Origin: Cetorhinus maximus
Taxonomy: Eukaryota
Reading direction: 5' to 3'
Length of the DNA stretch: 64,000 nucleotides
Assembly (NCBI RefSeq): GCF_964194155.1
Contig: NW_027596592.1
Span: 1-64,000 of the forward strand
Shown here: one piece after another, positions 24,337 through 33,694 of the stretch
Position numbering within the stretch: position 1 is the first letter of the stretch
How the letters are laid out: every line of letters starts with the position of its first letter
The notes under the pieces: generated by a model
Database searches by the model: none
Told to the model about the DNA's origin: nothing
The model's input: the letters and a program-made list of their open reading frames with translations, nothing else
Position numbers and translations under genes: made by a program

Positions 24337-26517
24337 TTATACAGCGACCCTTCCCCATTGCGCCTTTGCGGCAGCTGCCCCAAGCTTTAGTGTGTCCCTC
24401 AGCACGTAGTCCTGGACTTTGGATTGTGCCAGTCCGCAACAATCGGTCGGGGACAACTCTTTGTGCTGGAAGACCAACAAGTTTCGGGCAGACCAAAGCG
24501 CCTCTTTCACCGAGTTGATGATCCTCCAGCTGCAGTCGATGTTTGTCTCGGTGTGTGTCCCTGGGAACAGCCCGTAGAGCACAGAGTCCTGTGTCACAGA
24601 ACTGCTCGGGATGAACCTCGACAGCAACCACTGCATCTCTCTCCAGACTTTCTTTGCAAAGGCACAATCCACAAGGAGGTGAACAACGGTCTCTTCCCCA
24701 CCACAGCCACCTCGAGGGCAACGTGCAGAGGGGGTGAGCCTCCTGGCGTGTAGGAAGGATCTGACGGGGAGGGCCTTTCTCACCACCAGCCAAGCTACGT
24801 CTTGGTGCTTGTTGGAAAGTTCTGGCGATGAGGCATTCTGCCAAATGACTTTGACAGTCTGCTCGGGGAACCATCCCACAGGGTCCACCCTCTCCTTTTC
24901 CCTCAGGGCCTCTAGGACGTTACGTGCTGACCACTGCCTGATGGACTTGTGGTCAAAGGTGTTTTTCTGCATAAATTTTTCCACCAGGGACAGGTGGTAC
25001 GGCACGGTCCAACTACTTGGAGCGTTCCGCGGCAGCGTGGCCAGACCCATCCTTCGCAACACTCCTAGCAGGTCTGGGCCGATCAAGTCCCACAGAGCCG
25101 AATACAACTCCGCCGGCAAGCCGTCGCTTCCGGGAGTTTTACTCTTCTCGAAGGACTCGAGGGCCTTAGTCAGTTCGTCAGGAGTTAGCGGTTTGTCTAG
25201 GCTCTCCCGCGTACTGTGGTCTAAGACCTCCGTGATAGAGGACAGGAAGGACTGGGAGGCCGTGCTGTCCGTGGGCTTCACGTCATACAGTCCGGCATAA
25301 AAGGATTTGCTGATCCTCAGAATGTCGGACCGTGATGACTTTACTGAGCCGTCTTCTTCCTTCAGGCTGCTGATCACAGAGCGCTCTCTGTGTACCTTTT
25401 GGAAGAAGAAACGTGAGCACGTCTCATCCTGCTCCACGGAGCGGACCCTGGAACGGAAGATGATCTTGGAGGCCTCCGAGGCAAAGTGCGAGGCTTGCTG
25501 GCCCTTCACCTCTTGGAGCTCCTCCTTGACATCGACCCCCATCGACTGCAGCCGGAGCAGATTCTGCATCTTTTTCTGGAGTCGGGACATTTCCCTCTGT
25601 TCCTTTCTAGCTTTCTGGGTGCCTTTGCGGATGAAAAACCTCTTGATGCTTCCCTTGATCACTTCCCACCAGTGCGTCAGGGACTCAAAGAGGGGTTTCA
25701 CGGTTCTCCAACCTTTGTAATCCCTCTTGAGCTCCTCAATGTTCTCTGGGGTCAGCAGTTGCACATTTAGCTTCCATGCCCCCCTGCCCACCCTCAGGTC
25801 CTTCTCCAAGTGGCAGTCCGCCAGTAGGAGGCAGTGGTCAGAGAAGAACACCGGCTTGACCTCGGTGGATCTGACTGTGAATGCACGGGACACAAACAGG
25901 AAGTCTATCCTGGAACGAATGGACCCGTCTGGCCGCGACCAGGTGTATCTACGCTGCGCTCCGTCTGCAGGGTTGCTGAAGACGTCGTGCAGCTTGGCAT
26001 CCTTAACTGTTTCCATCAGGGATCTGGACGTAGCGTCCAATCTGCTTCCGGCCCTGCCGGATCGTCCAGCCGCATCGATGATGCAGTTGAAGTCCCCGCC
26101 CAGAATGACCGGCCTGGAGGTCGCCAGCAGCAGTGGGAGCTGCTGAAAAACCTCCAGCCGCTCAGCCCCTTGTGCCGGGCCATACACGTTAATTAACCGG
26201 AGTGGAGCGTTCTTGTACATTACGTCTGCTACCAGGAGTCGCCCGCCCACCACCTCCTTGACCTCGGAGACGGTGAAGTTGCCTCCCCGCAGCAGAATAC
26301 CCAGGCCGGAGGAACGAGAGTCGTTTCCGCCCGACCAGATCGATGGCCCGTGGGACCACCATCGTGACCATTGCCTGTAGGAGCTGAGGTGCGGTATCGC
26401 ACACTCCTGCAGAAACAACAGGTCAGCTTTGACCTTGGCTAGGTAGTCCAAGGTCGCAACACATCGCGTAGTAGATTTAATGCTACGCACATTTATGGAT
26501 ACAATCTTTAAACCCAT
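24337..26517 (-). CDS. Tx1-type ORF2 with in-frame deletion of RT (APE endonuclease plus C-terminal zinc finger, 726 aa)
   Basis: SINVR, FLQE, GGDFN, RIDF and FSDH endonuclease motifs; lacks the 409 aa RT segment present in copy 2. Confidence 0.9.
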   Translation of the reverse strand: MGLKIVSINVRSIKSTTRCVATLDYLAKVKADLLFLQECAIPHLSSYRQWSRWWSHGPSIWSGGNDSRSSGLGILLRGGNFTVSEVKEVVGGRLLVADVMYKNAPLRLINVYGPAQGAERLEVFQQLPLLLATSRPVILGGDFNCIIDAAGRSGRAGSRLDATSRSLMETVKDAKLHDVFSNPADGAQRRYTWSRPDGSIRSRIDFLFVSRAFTVRSTEVKPVFFSDHCLLLADCHLEKDLRVGRGAWKLNVQLLTPENIEELKRDYKGWRTVKPLFESLTHWWEVIKGSIKRFFIRKGTQKARKEQREMSRLQKKMQNLLRLQSMGVDVKEELQEVKGQQASHFASEASKIIFRSRVRSVEQDETCSRFFFQKVHRERSVISSLKEEDGSVKSSRSDILRISKSFYAGLYDVKPTDSTASQSFLSSITEVLDHSTRESLDKPLTPDELTKALESFEKSKTPGSDGLPAELYSALWDLIGPDLLGVLRRMGLATLPRNAPSSWTVPYHLSLVEKFMQKNTFDHKSIRQWSARNVLEALREKERVDPVGWFPEQTVKVIWQNASSPELSNKHQDVAWLVVRKALPVRSFLHARRLTPSARCPRGGCGGEETVVHLLVDCAFAKKVWREMQWLLSRFIPSSSVTQDSVLYGLFPGTHTETNIDCSWRIINSVKEALWSARNLLVFQHKELSPTDCCGLAQSKVQDYVLRDTLKLGAAAAKAQWGRVAV

Positions 26518-26527
26518 TTTAAAGCAT

Positions 26528-28087
26528 TTATTCTCCTACCAAACCCACTGTCTCTGAGAGTCCCAGACCTTTAGTCTGCTCCTTCATACCCGTAGTGAGC
26601 TCAAATTCCTTCACTTTGGATGGGCTGAGGTAGATCTCCTTGGCCGTGTTCTGCTCCAGTGGCATCTGGAGGTTCACGTAGAGAGCGGGTTTTGAGATGA
26701 CCTTTGCTGGAGAAGCTTCTCCAAAACTCACCCCCTCTGGGGTGTTGCTGTTCCCGGCTTCCTGGAGCTGGGGTGCGATGATTGCCTCACTGCTCCCAGA
26801 TTCCAGGGGCTGTGGTGCACTGGCCTCCTCAGGTTGCAGGCAAAGTTGGGGTGCGCTGGTCTCCTTGTTGTCTCCAATTTTCTGGAGCTCGGGTGTCTCG
26901 TCCTCCAACGCCCTGGAGCTTTGCCGCCTCTTCTGTCGGTGCCGCTCTGGCACTTCATCATCCGAAGAGCTGCTGCCCTTGTCATCCGTGTCGGATGGGA
27001 GACGCCTCTTGCCGCTTCTCTGGGAAACGCCTTTGCTTCTTCTTCGCTCCCTCTTACTTTTCTTCTTCTTCACCGTCCGCCACTCCCCCTGCTGCTTTTC
27101 CACTGCTGCCTCCTCCTCCATTGATTCGCTGTCCTGAGGACTGGGAGGTTCAGGGGGTAGTGCTGTTGATTGGCTCTCTGTTGCCTCGATCTCTTTCTCC
27201 ACCTTGTCTCTCTCTGTGTCCTCCTTTGTCCCGTTGAGCTCCCTGGGGGCCTTGGTGGTTGGAGTGACACGAAACATTTCTTCTGCTTCCCCCTGGTCGG
27301 CTTTGGCTGCCTGTGCGTAAGTACGGCAGCGTTTGGGGCAGGTCCTGTAGAGGTGACTTGCCTCGCCACACAGGTTGCAGCACTTGGCCTGTTTGCAGTC
27401 TTTTGTCTGGTGCCCTTCCTGTTTGCAGATCTTGCAGAGGGAGGCGCTGCAGTTGGCCGCCACATGACCAGCCTTGCCGCATGAGCGACAATGCTTGGGT
27501 TGCCCAGCGTAGACCAGGTAGCCCCGGTTTCCCCCGATAGCGAAACTGGAGGGAGGGTGGAAAATGGCTCCCTTACCATCGGTCTTTAGCGTGACCTTAA
27601 ACAGGTGTTTGCCTGTCCAGATCCCCAAGTCGTCTCGAATCTCGGTGCCGCTCCCCACCTTATCGAAGTACCTGGTGAGGAAGGTGACCACGTCGGCGAC
27701 AGGGACGAAGGGGTTGTACACATGCACCATCACCTCACGTTCCCGTTGCAACGGCAGAGAAAAGTGCGGCTCCGCCGTCAGGATCTTCATCTCCGGCAGG
27801 TCTCTCTTCTCCTCGAACACCCTCAGGAGCCGGACGCAGTCTGCCACCCGCTTGAACGTCACGTCAAAATAACCACCTTTGCGGGAGTCATGCAGGGTGA
27901 AGATCTCCGGAGCTTGGAAGGCGCACGCCTTCAACAGGATCCTCCTGGTGAAGAAGCCCCGATCCATAGGTGATCCTCCTTCGCTGTGGTTCACCGTGAC
28001 TCGGACGGTGATAGGTAACCCACGGTATGGATTTGGATTGCGATTGGTTATCGCCCTTCCATCCCGACCTTGCCTTGGCAGGACCAT
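26528..28087 (-). CDS. Tx1-type ORF1 (gag-like, three CCHC zinc knuckles)
   Basis: CRSCGKAGHVAANC, CKICKQEGHQTKDC, CNLCGEASHLYRTC; ATG at 28087. Confidence 0.9.
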   Translation of the reverse strand: MVLPRQGRDGRAITNRNPNPYRGLPITVRVTVNHSEGGSPMDRGFFTRRILLKACAFQAPEIFTLHDSRKGGYFDVTFKRVADCVRLLRVFEEKRDLPEMKILTAEPHFSLPLQREREVMVHVYNPFVPVADVVTFLTRYFDKVGSGTEIRDDLGIWTGKHLFKVTLKTDGKGAIFHPPSSFAIGGNRGYLVYAGQPKHCRSCGKAGHVAANCSASLCKICKQEGHQTKDCKQAKCCNLCGEASHLYRTCPKRCRTYAQAAKADQGEAEEMFRVTPTTKAPRELNGTKEDTERDKVEKEIEATESQSTALPPEPPSPQDSESMEEEAAVEKQQGEWRTVKKKKSKRERRRSKGVSQRSGKRRLPSDTDDKGSSSSDDEVPERHRQKRRQSSRALEDETPELQKIGDNKETSAPQLCLQPEEASAPQPLESGSSEAIIAPQLQEAGNSNTPEGVSFGEASPAKVISKPALYVNLQMPLEQNTAKEIYLSPSKVKEFELTTGMKEQTKGLGLSETVGLVGE

Positions 28088-28102
28088 GGTGTCGCCCCTG
28101 CA

Positions 28103-28134
28103 ACACTTGATCTTAGCCAAAAGGCCGAGAAGCG
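28103..28134 (-). pseudogene. RNU2: U2 snRNA 5' fragment (nt 3-34) fused to LINE copy 1
   Basis: CGCTTCTCGGCCTTTTGGCTAAGATCAAGTGT is identical to the vertebrate U2 5' end. Confidence 0.93.
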
Positions 28135-28384
28135 TCCTGAACCTTTTTTTTTTTTTTTTTTTTGTAAAAATATACTTTATTCATAAAAATCTTCAATCAC
28201 ATTCAAAACCATTTCAAAAACAACATTACAAGGGTACAATCCAGGTTAAACTTTTACAAAATGTATCACCAGGTGCATCAGTACAAACAATATTACAGTC
28301 ATTTACAGCCTTTCATTTTGATCTGTACAGCCCGAGGGGCTCTAAACAGTTCCCAGTCTCTCGGTGCGCTGTGGTAGAAAGGTC

Positions 28385-31300
28385 TTAGACAGCGACCCTT
28401 CCCCATTGCGCCTTTGCGGCAGCTGCCCCAAGCTTTAGTGCGTCCCTCAGCACGTAGTCCTGGACTTTGGATTGTGCCAGTCCGCAACAATCGGTCGGGG
28501 ACAACTCTTTGTGCTGGAAGACCAACAAGTTTCGGGCAGACCAAAGCGCGTCTTTCACCGAGTTGATGATCCTCCAGCTGCAGTTGATGTTTGTCTCGGT
28601 GTGTGTCCCTGGGAACAGCCCGTAGAGCACAGAGTCCTGTGTCACAGAACTGCTCGGGATGAACCTCGACAGCAACCACTGCATCTCTCTCCAGACTTTC
28701 TTTGCAAAGGCACAATCCACAAGGAGGTGAACAACGGTCTCTTCCCCACCACAGCCACCTCGAGGGCATCGTGCAGAGGGGGTGAGACTCCTGGCGTGTA
28801 GGAAGGATCTGACGGGGAGGGCCTTTCTCACCACCAGCCAAGCTACGTCTTGGTGCTTGTTGGAAAGTTCTGGCGATGAGGCATTCTGCCAAATGACTTT
28901 GACAGTCTGCTCGGGGAACCATCCCACAGGGTCCACCCTCTCCTTATCCCTCAGGGCCTCTAGGACGTTACGTGCTGACCACTGCCTGATGGACTTGTGG
29001 TCAAAGGTGTTTTTCTGCATAAATTTTTCCACCAGGGACAGGTGGTACGGCACGGTCCAACTACTTGGAGCGTTCCGCGGCAGCGTGGCCAGACCCATCC
29101 TTCGCAACACCGGGGACAGGTAGAACCTCGGCACGTAGTGACACTTGGTGTTTGCGTACTGAGGGTCTACGCACCGCTTGATGCAGCCGCACACAAAGGT
29201 GGCCATCAGTATGAGGGCGATGTTGGGCACGTTTTTTCCCCCTTTATCTAGAGGCTTGTACATCGCGTCCCTGCGGACACGATCCATTTTCGACCTCCAG
29301 ATAAAGCGGAAGATGGCTCGAGTGATCGCCATCGCGCAGGAGTGTGGAATGGGCCAGACCTGCGCCACGTACAGCAACAGCGAGAGTACCTCACACCTGA
29401 TGACCAGGTTCTTACCCGCAATGGAGAGGGAGCGTCGCTCCCACATGCCCAGTTTCCTTTTCACCATAGCCACTCGCTCCTTCCAGTTTCTAACGCATGC
29501 CCCGGTCCCTCCGAACCATATCCCCAGCACCTTCAGGCCGTCAGCCCTGACAGTGAAGGGGACAAAGGATCGGTCAGCCCAGTTCCCAAAGAACATGGCC
29601 TCGCTCTTCCCACGATTTACCTTGGCTCCCGAGGCCAGTTCGAACTGGTCGCAGACGTGCATCAGTCTGCGCACCGACAGCGGATCCGAGCAGAAGACGG
29701 CGACGTCGTCCATGTACAGGGAGGCTTTTACCTGAGTGCCTCCACTGCCTGGGATCGTCACTCCTCTTATGCCCGGATCCTTCCTGATGGACTCGGCAAA
29801 GGGTTCTATGCAGCACACGAAAAGGACAGGCGAGAGAGGGCAGCCCTGCCTGACTCCAGATTTGATCGGAAAGCTATCTGTTTCCCACCCATTGATTGAG
29901 ACTGCGCTACTGATGTTAGTGTAGAGCAGTTGGATCCAATTTCGAATTCCCTCCCCAAAGCCCATTTTGGAGAGCACATCCCCCATGTAGGTGTGCGATA
30001 TTCTGTCAAAGGCCTTCTCCTGATCCAAGCTGATGAGGCAGGTATCCACACCCCTGTCCTGTACATAGGCAATCGTATCCCTGAGCAGCGCCAGGCTGTC
30101 AGAGATCTTCCTGCCTGGCACAGAGCAGGTCTGGTCAGGGTGAATCACCAATTCCAGAGCGGATTTGACCCGGTTGGCGATGACCTTGGACAGAATCTTA
30201 TAGTCCATATTCAACAGTGAAATGGGTCGCCAATTTCTAATTTCCTCCCTTTCCCCCTTGTGCTTGTAGATGAGGGTGATGATGCCTTTCCTCATGGATT
30301 CTGACATGCTGCCGGCCAGGAGCATACTCTCGTACACTTCTAGCAGGTCTGGGCCGATCAAGTCCCACAGAGCCGAATACAACTCCGCCGGCAGGCCGTC
30401 GCTTCCGGGGGTTTTACTCTTCTCGAAGGACTCGAGGGCCTTAGTCAGTTCGTCAGGAGTTAGCGGTTTGTCTAGGCTCTCCCGCGTACTGTGGTCTAGG
30501 ACCTCCGTGATAGAGGACAGGAAGGACTGGGAGGCCGTGCTGTCCGTGGGCTTCACGTCATACAGTCCGGCATAAAAGGATTTGCTGATCCTCAGAATGT
30601 CGGACCGTGATGACTTTACTGAGCCGTCTTCTTCCTTCAGGCTGCTGATCACAGAGCGCTCTCTGTGTACCTTTTGGAAGAAGAAACGTGAGCACGTCTC
30701 ATCCTGCTCCACGGAGCGGACTCTGGAACGGAAGATGATCTTGGAGGCCTCCGAGGCAAAGTGCGAGGCTTGCTGGCCCTTCACCTCTTGGAGCTCCTCC
30801 TTGACATCCACCCCCATCGACCGCAGCCGGAGCAGATTCTGCATCTTTTCCTGGAGTCGGGACATTTCCCTCTGTTCCTTTCTAGCTTTCTGGGTGCCTT
30901 TGCGGATGAAAAACCTCTTGATGCTTCCCTTGATCACTTCCCACCAGTGTGTCAGGGACTCAAAGAGGGGTTTCACGGTTCTCCAACCTTTGTAATCCCT
31001 CTTGAGCTCCTCAATGTTCTCTGGGGTCAGCAGTTGCACATTTAGCTTCCATGCCCCCCTGCCCACCCTCAGGTCTTCCTCCAAGTGGCAGTCCGCCAGT
31101 AGGAGGCAGTGGTCAGAGAAGAACACCGGCTTGACCTCGGTGGATCTGACTGTGAATGCACGGGACACAAACAGGAAGTCTATCCTGGAACGAATGGACC
31201 CGTCTGGCCGCGACCAGGTGTATCTACGCTGCGCTCCGTCTGCAGGGTTGCTGAAGACGTCGTGCAGCTTGGCATCCTTAACTGTTTCCATCAGGGATCT

Positions 31301-31792
31301 GGACGTAGCGTCCAATCTGCTTCCGGCCCTGCCGGATCGTCCAGCCGCATCGATGATGCAGTTGAAGTCCCCGCCCAGAATGACCGGCCTGGAGGTCGCC
31401 AGCAGCAGTGGGAGCTGCTGAAAAACCTCCAGCCGCTCAGCCCCTTGTGCCGGGCCGTACACGTTAATTAACCGGAGTGGAGCGTTCTTGTACATTACGT
31501 CTGCTACCAGGAGTCGCCCGCCCACCACCTCCTTGACCTCGGAGACGGTGAAGTTGCCTCCCCGCAGCAGAATACCCAGGCCGGAGGAACGAGAGTCGTT
31601 TCCGCCCGACCAGATCGATGGCCCGTGGGACCACCATCGTGACCATTGCCTGTAGGAGCTGAGGTGCGGTATCGCACACTCCTGCAGAAACAACAGGTCA
31701 GCTTTGACCTTGGCAAGGTAGTCCAAGGTCGCAACACATCGCGTAGTAGATTTAATGCTACGCACATTTATGGATACAATCTTTAAACCCAT
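28385..31792 (-). CDS. Tx1-type ORF2p: APE endonuclease, reverse transcriptase, C-terminal CCHC
   Basis: KTPGSDG, NWRPISLL, LDQEKAFD, GVRQGCPLSP, YMDD, CPRGGCGGEETVVHLLVDC. Confidence 0.95.
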   Translation of the reverse strand: MGLKIVSINVRSIKSTTRCVATLDYLAKVKADLLFLQECAIPHLSSYRQWSRWWSHGPSIWSGGNDSRSSGLGILLRGGNFTVSEVKEVVGGRLLVADVMYKNAPLRLINVYGPAQGAERLEVFQQLPLLLATSRPVILGGDFNCIIDAAGRSGRAGSRLDATSRSLMETVKDAKLHDVFSNPADGAQRRYTWSRPDGSIRSRIDFLFVSRAFTVRSTEVKPVFFSDHCLLLADCHLEEDLRVGRGAWKLNVQLLTPENIEELKRDYKGWRTVKPLFESLTHWWEVIKGSIKRFFIRKGTQKARKEQREMSRLQEKMQNLLRLRSMGVDVKEELQEVKGQQASHFASEASKIIFRSRVRSVEQDETCSRFFFQKVHRERSVISSLKEEDGSVKSSRSDILRISKSFYAGLYDVKPTDSTASQSFLSSITEVLDHSTRESLDKPLTPDELTKALESFEKSKTPGSDGLPAELYSALWDLIGPDLLEVYESMLLAGSMSESMRKGIITLIYKHKGEREEIRNWRPISLLNMDYKILSKVIANRVKSALELVIHPDQTCSVPGRKISDSLALLRDTIAYVQDRGVDTCLISLDQEKAFDRISHTYMGDVLSKMGFGEGIRNWIQLLYTNISSAVSINGWETDSFPIKSGVRQGCPLSPVLFVCCIEPFAESIRKDPGIRGVTIPGSGGTQVKASLYMDDVAVFCSDPLSVRRLMHVCDQFELASGAKVNRGKSEAMFFGNWADRSFVPFTVRADGLKVLGIWFGGTGACVRNWKERVAMVKRKLGMWERRSLSIAGKNLVIRCEVLSLLLYVAQVWPIPHSCAMAITRAIFRFIWRSKMDRVRRDAMYKPLDKGGKNVPNIALILMATFVCGCIKRCVDPQYANTKCHYVPRFYLSPVLRRMGLATLPRNAPSSWTVPYHLSLVEKFMQKNTFDHKSIRQWSARNVLEALRDKERVDPVGWFPEQTVKVIWQNASSPELSNKHQDVAWLVVRKALPVRSFLHARSLTPSARCPRGGCGGEETVVHLLVDCAFAKKVWREMQWLLSRFIPSSSVTQDSVLYGLFPGTHTETNINCSWRIINSVKDALWSARNLLVFQHKELSPTDCCGLAQSKVQDYVLRDALKLGAAAAKAQWGRVAV

Positions 31793-31802
31793 ATTAAAGC
31801 AT

Positions 31803-33365
31803 TTATTCTCCTACCAAACCCACTGTCTCTGAGAGTCCCAGACCTTTAGTCTGCTCCTTCATACCCGTAGTGAGCTCAAATTCCTTCACTTTGGATGGGC
31901 TGAGGTAGATCTCCTTGGCCGTGTTCTGCTCCAGTGGCATCTGGAGGTTCACGTAGTGAGCGGATTTTGAGATGACCTTTGCTGGAGAAGCTTCTCCAAA
32001 ACTCACCCCCTCTGGGGGGTTGCTGTTCCCGGCTTCCTGGAGCTGGGGTGCGATGATTGCCTCACTGCTCCCAGATTCCAGGGGCTGTGGTGCACTGGCC
32101 TCCTCAGGTTGCAGGCAAAGTTGGGGTGCGTTGGTCTCCTTGTTGTCTCCAATTTTCTGGAGCTCGGGTGTCTCGTCCTCCAACGCCCTGGAGCTTTGCC
32201 GCCTCTTCTGTCGGTGCCGCTCTGGCACTTCCTCATCCGAAGAGCTGCTGCCCTTGTCATCCGTGTCGGATGGGAGACGCCTCTTGCCGCTTCTCTGGGA
32301 AACGCCTTTGCTTCTTCTTCGCTCCCTCTTACTTTTCTTGTTCTTCACCGTCCGCCACTCCCCCTGCTGCTTTTCCACTGCTGCCTCCTCCTCCATTGAT
32401 TCGCTGTCCTGAGGACTGGAAGGTTCAGGGGGTGGTGCTGTTGATTGGCTCTCTGTTGCCTCAATCTCTTTCTCCACCTTGTCTCTCTCTGTGTCCTCCT
32501 TTGTCCCGTTGAGCTCCCTGGGGGCCTTGGTGGTTGGAGTGACACGGAACATTTCTTCTGCTTCCCCGTGGTCGGCTTTGGCTGCCTGTGCGTAAGTACG
32601 GCAGCGTTTGGGGCAGGTCCTGTAGAGGTGACTTGCCTCGCCACACAGGTTGCAGCACTTGGCCTGTTTGCAGTCTTTTGTCTGGTGCCCTTCCTGTTTG
32701 CAGATCTTGCAGAGGGAGGCGCTGCAGTTGGCCGCCACATGACCAGCCTTGCCGCATGAGCGGCAATGCTTGGGTTGCCCAGCGTAGACCAGGTAGCCAC
32801 GGTTTCCCCCGATTGCGAAACTGGAAGGAGGGTGGAAAATGGCTCCCTTACCATCGGTCTTTAGCGTGACCTTAAACAGGCGTTTGCCTGTCCAGATCCC
32901 CAAGTCGTCTCGAATCTCAGTGCCGCTCCCCACCTTATCGAAGTACCTGGTGAGGAAGGTGACCACGTCGGCGACAGGGACGAAGGGGTTGTACACATGC
33001 ACCATCACCTCACGTTCCCGTTGCAACGGCAGAGAAAAGTGCGGCTCCGCCGTCAGGATCTTCATCTCCGGCAGGTCTCTCTTCTCCTCGAACACCCTCA
33101 GGAGCCGGACGCAGTCTGCCACTTGCTTGAACGTGACGTCAAAATAACCACCTTTGCGGGAGTCGTGCAGGGTGAAGATCTCCGTAGCTTGGAAGCCGCA
33201 CGCCTTCAACAGGATCCTCCTGGTGAAGAAGCCCCGATCCATAGGTGATCCTCCTTCGTCGCTGTGGTTCACCGTGACTCGGACGGTGATAGGTAACCCA
33301 CGGTATGAATTCGGATTGCGATTGGTTTTCGCCCTTCCATCCCGACCTTGCCATGGCAGGACCAT
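31803..33365 (-). CDS. Tx1-type ORF1p (three zinc knuckles)
   Basis: Near-identical to copy 1 ORF1; ends 10 nt before the ORF2 ATG. Confidence 0.92.
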   Translation of the reverse strand: MVLPWQGRDGRAKTNRNPNSYRGLPITVRVTVNHSDEGGSPMDRGFFTRRILLKACGFQATEIFTLHDSRKGGYFDVTFKQVADCVRLLRVFEEKRDLPEMKILTAEPHFSLPLQREREVMVHVYNPFVPVADVVTFLTRYFDKVGSGTEIRDDLGIWTGKRLFKVTLKTDGKGAIFHPPSSFAIGGNRGYLVYAGQPKHCRSCGKAGHVAANCSASLCKICKQEGHQTKDCKQAKCCNLCGEASHLYRTCPKRCRTYAQAAKADHGEAEEMFRVTPTTKAPRELNGTKEDTERDKVEKEIEATESQSTAPPPEPSSPQDSESMEEEAAVEKQQGEWRTVKNKKSKRERRRSKGVSQRSGKRRLPSDTDDKGSSSSDEEVPERHRQKRRQSSRALEDETPELQKIGDNKETNAPQLCLQPEEASAPQPLESGSSEAIIAPQLQEAGNSNPPEGVSFGEASPAKVISKSAHYVNLQMPLEQNTAKEIYLSPSKVKEFELTTGMKEQTKGLGLSETVGLVGE

Positions 33366-33382
33366 GGTGTCGCCCCTGCAAC

Positions 33383-33424
33383 ACTACACTTGATCTTAGC
33401 CAAGAGGCCGAGAAGCGAGAAGCG
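33383..33424 (-). pseudogene. RNU2: U2 snRNA 5' fragment (to nt 37) with duplicated CGCTTCT, fused to LINE copy 2
   Basis: CGCTTCT-CGCTTCTCGGCCTCTTGGCTAAGATCAAGTGTAGT, with one substitution relative to U2. Confidence 0.93.
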
Positions 33425-33694
33425 TCCTGAACCTGTCCTAACCCTTCTGCCAGTTCACTTATTGGAAGCAGGGACTCTCCTTGTTTTAATGTTAACAATC
33501 CATGTCTCCCCAGTTATTCATTTAAGTCAGCCCATGAATTGTTTGAGCATTGTTTCATCATGTTCCCACATTTCATTAACAAATGTTGAAACGTATGCTT
33601 CACACCCACAGGGTTTCATCTGTTTAAAGCCACAAACAGAAAGGTCCAGTTTTCTCCTGGAGGTTGAGACAAATCAGCTTTCAAAATGATGCAG

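Larger units (their letters stand above)
24107..28134 (-). mobile_element. Tx1-clade (Keno-like) LINE copy 1, RT-deleted, with a 5' U2 snRNA fragment
   Basis: polyA (T8 at 24107-24114), AATAAA, ORF2, ORF1, U2 head; flanked by TCCTGAACC at 24098 and 28135. Confidence 0.93.
28144..33424 (-). mobile_element. Tx1-clade (Keno-like) LINE copy 2, full length with both ORFs intact, 5' U2 fragment
   Basis: T20 tail at 28144-28163, ORF2 1135 aa, ORF1 520 aa, U2 head; TCCTGAACC(T) at 33425. Confidence 0.95.

Noticed and set aside
24251-24874. 207-aa alternative-frame ORF at the LINE 3' end (also 28299-28922) and many antisense ORFs
   Set aside because: Shadow ORFs of GC-rich coding sequence; present twice only because the copies are nearly identical.
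25050-25070. RT deletion caused by splicing
   Set aside because: The deleted segment can start with GT but does not end in AG; a 4-bp microhomology explains the junction better.
26528-28087. Host gene ZCCHC3-like
   Set aside because: The zinc-knuckle protein is ORF1 of the LINE: directly followed by ORF2, polyA tail and TSD, and duplicated with it.
28103-28134. Functional U2 snRNA gene
   Set aside because: Only 32-37 nt of the 5' end are present, with no Sm site, no 3' portion and no recognisable upstream snRNA promoter.
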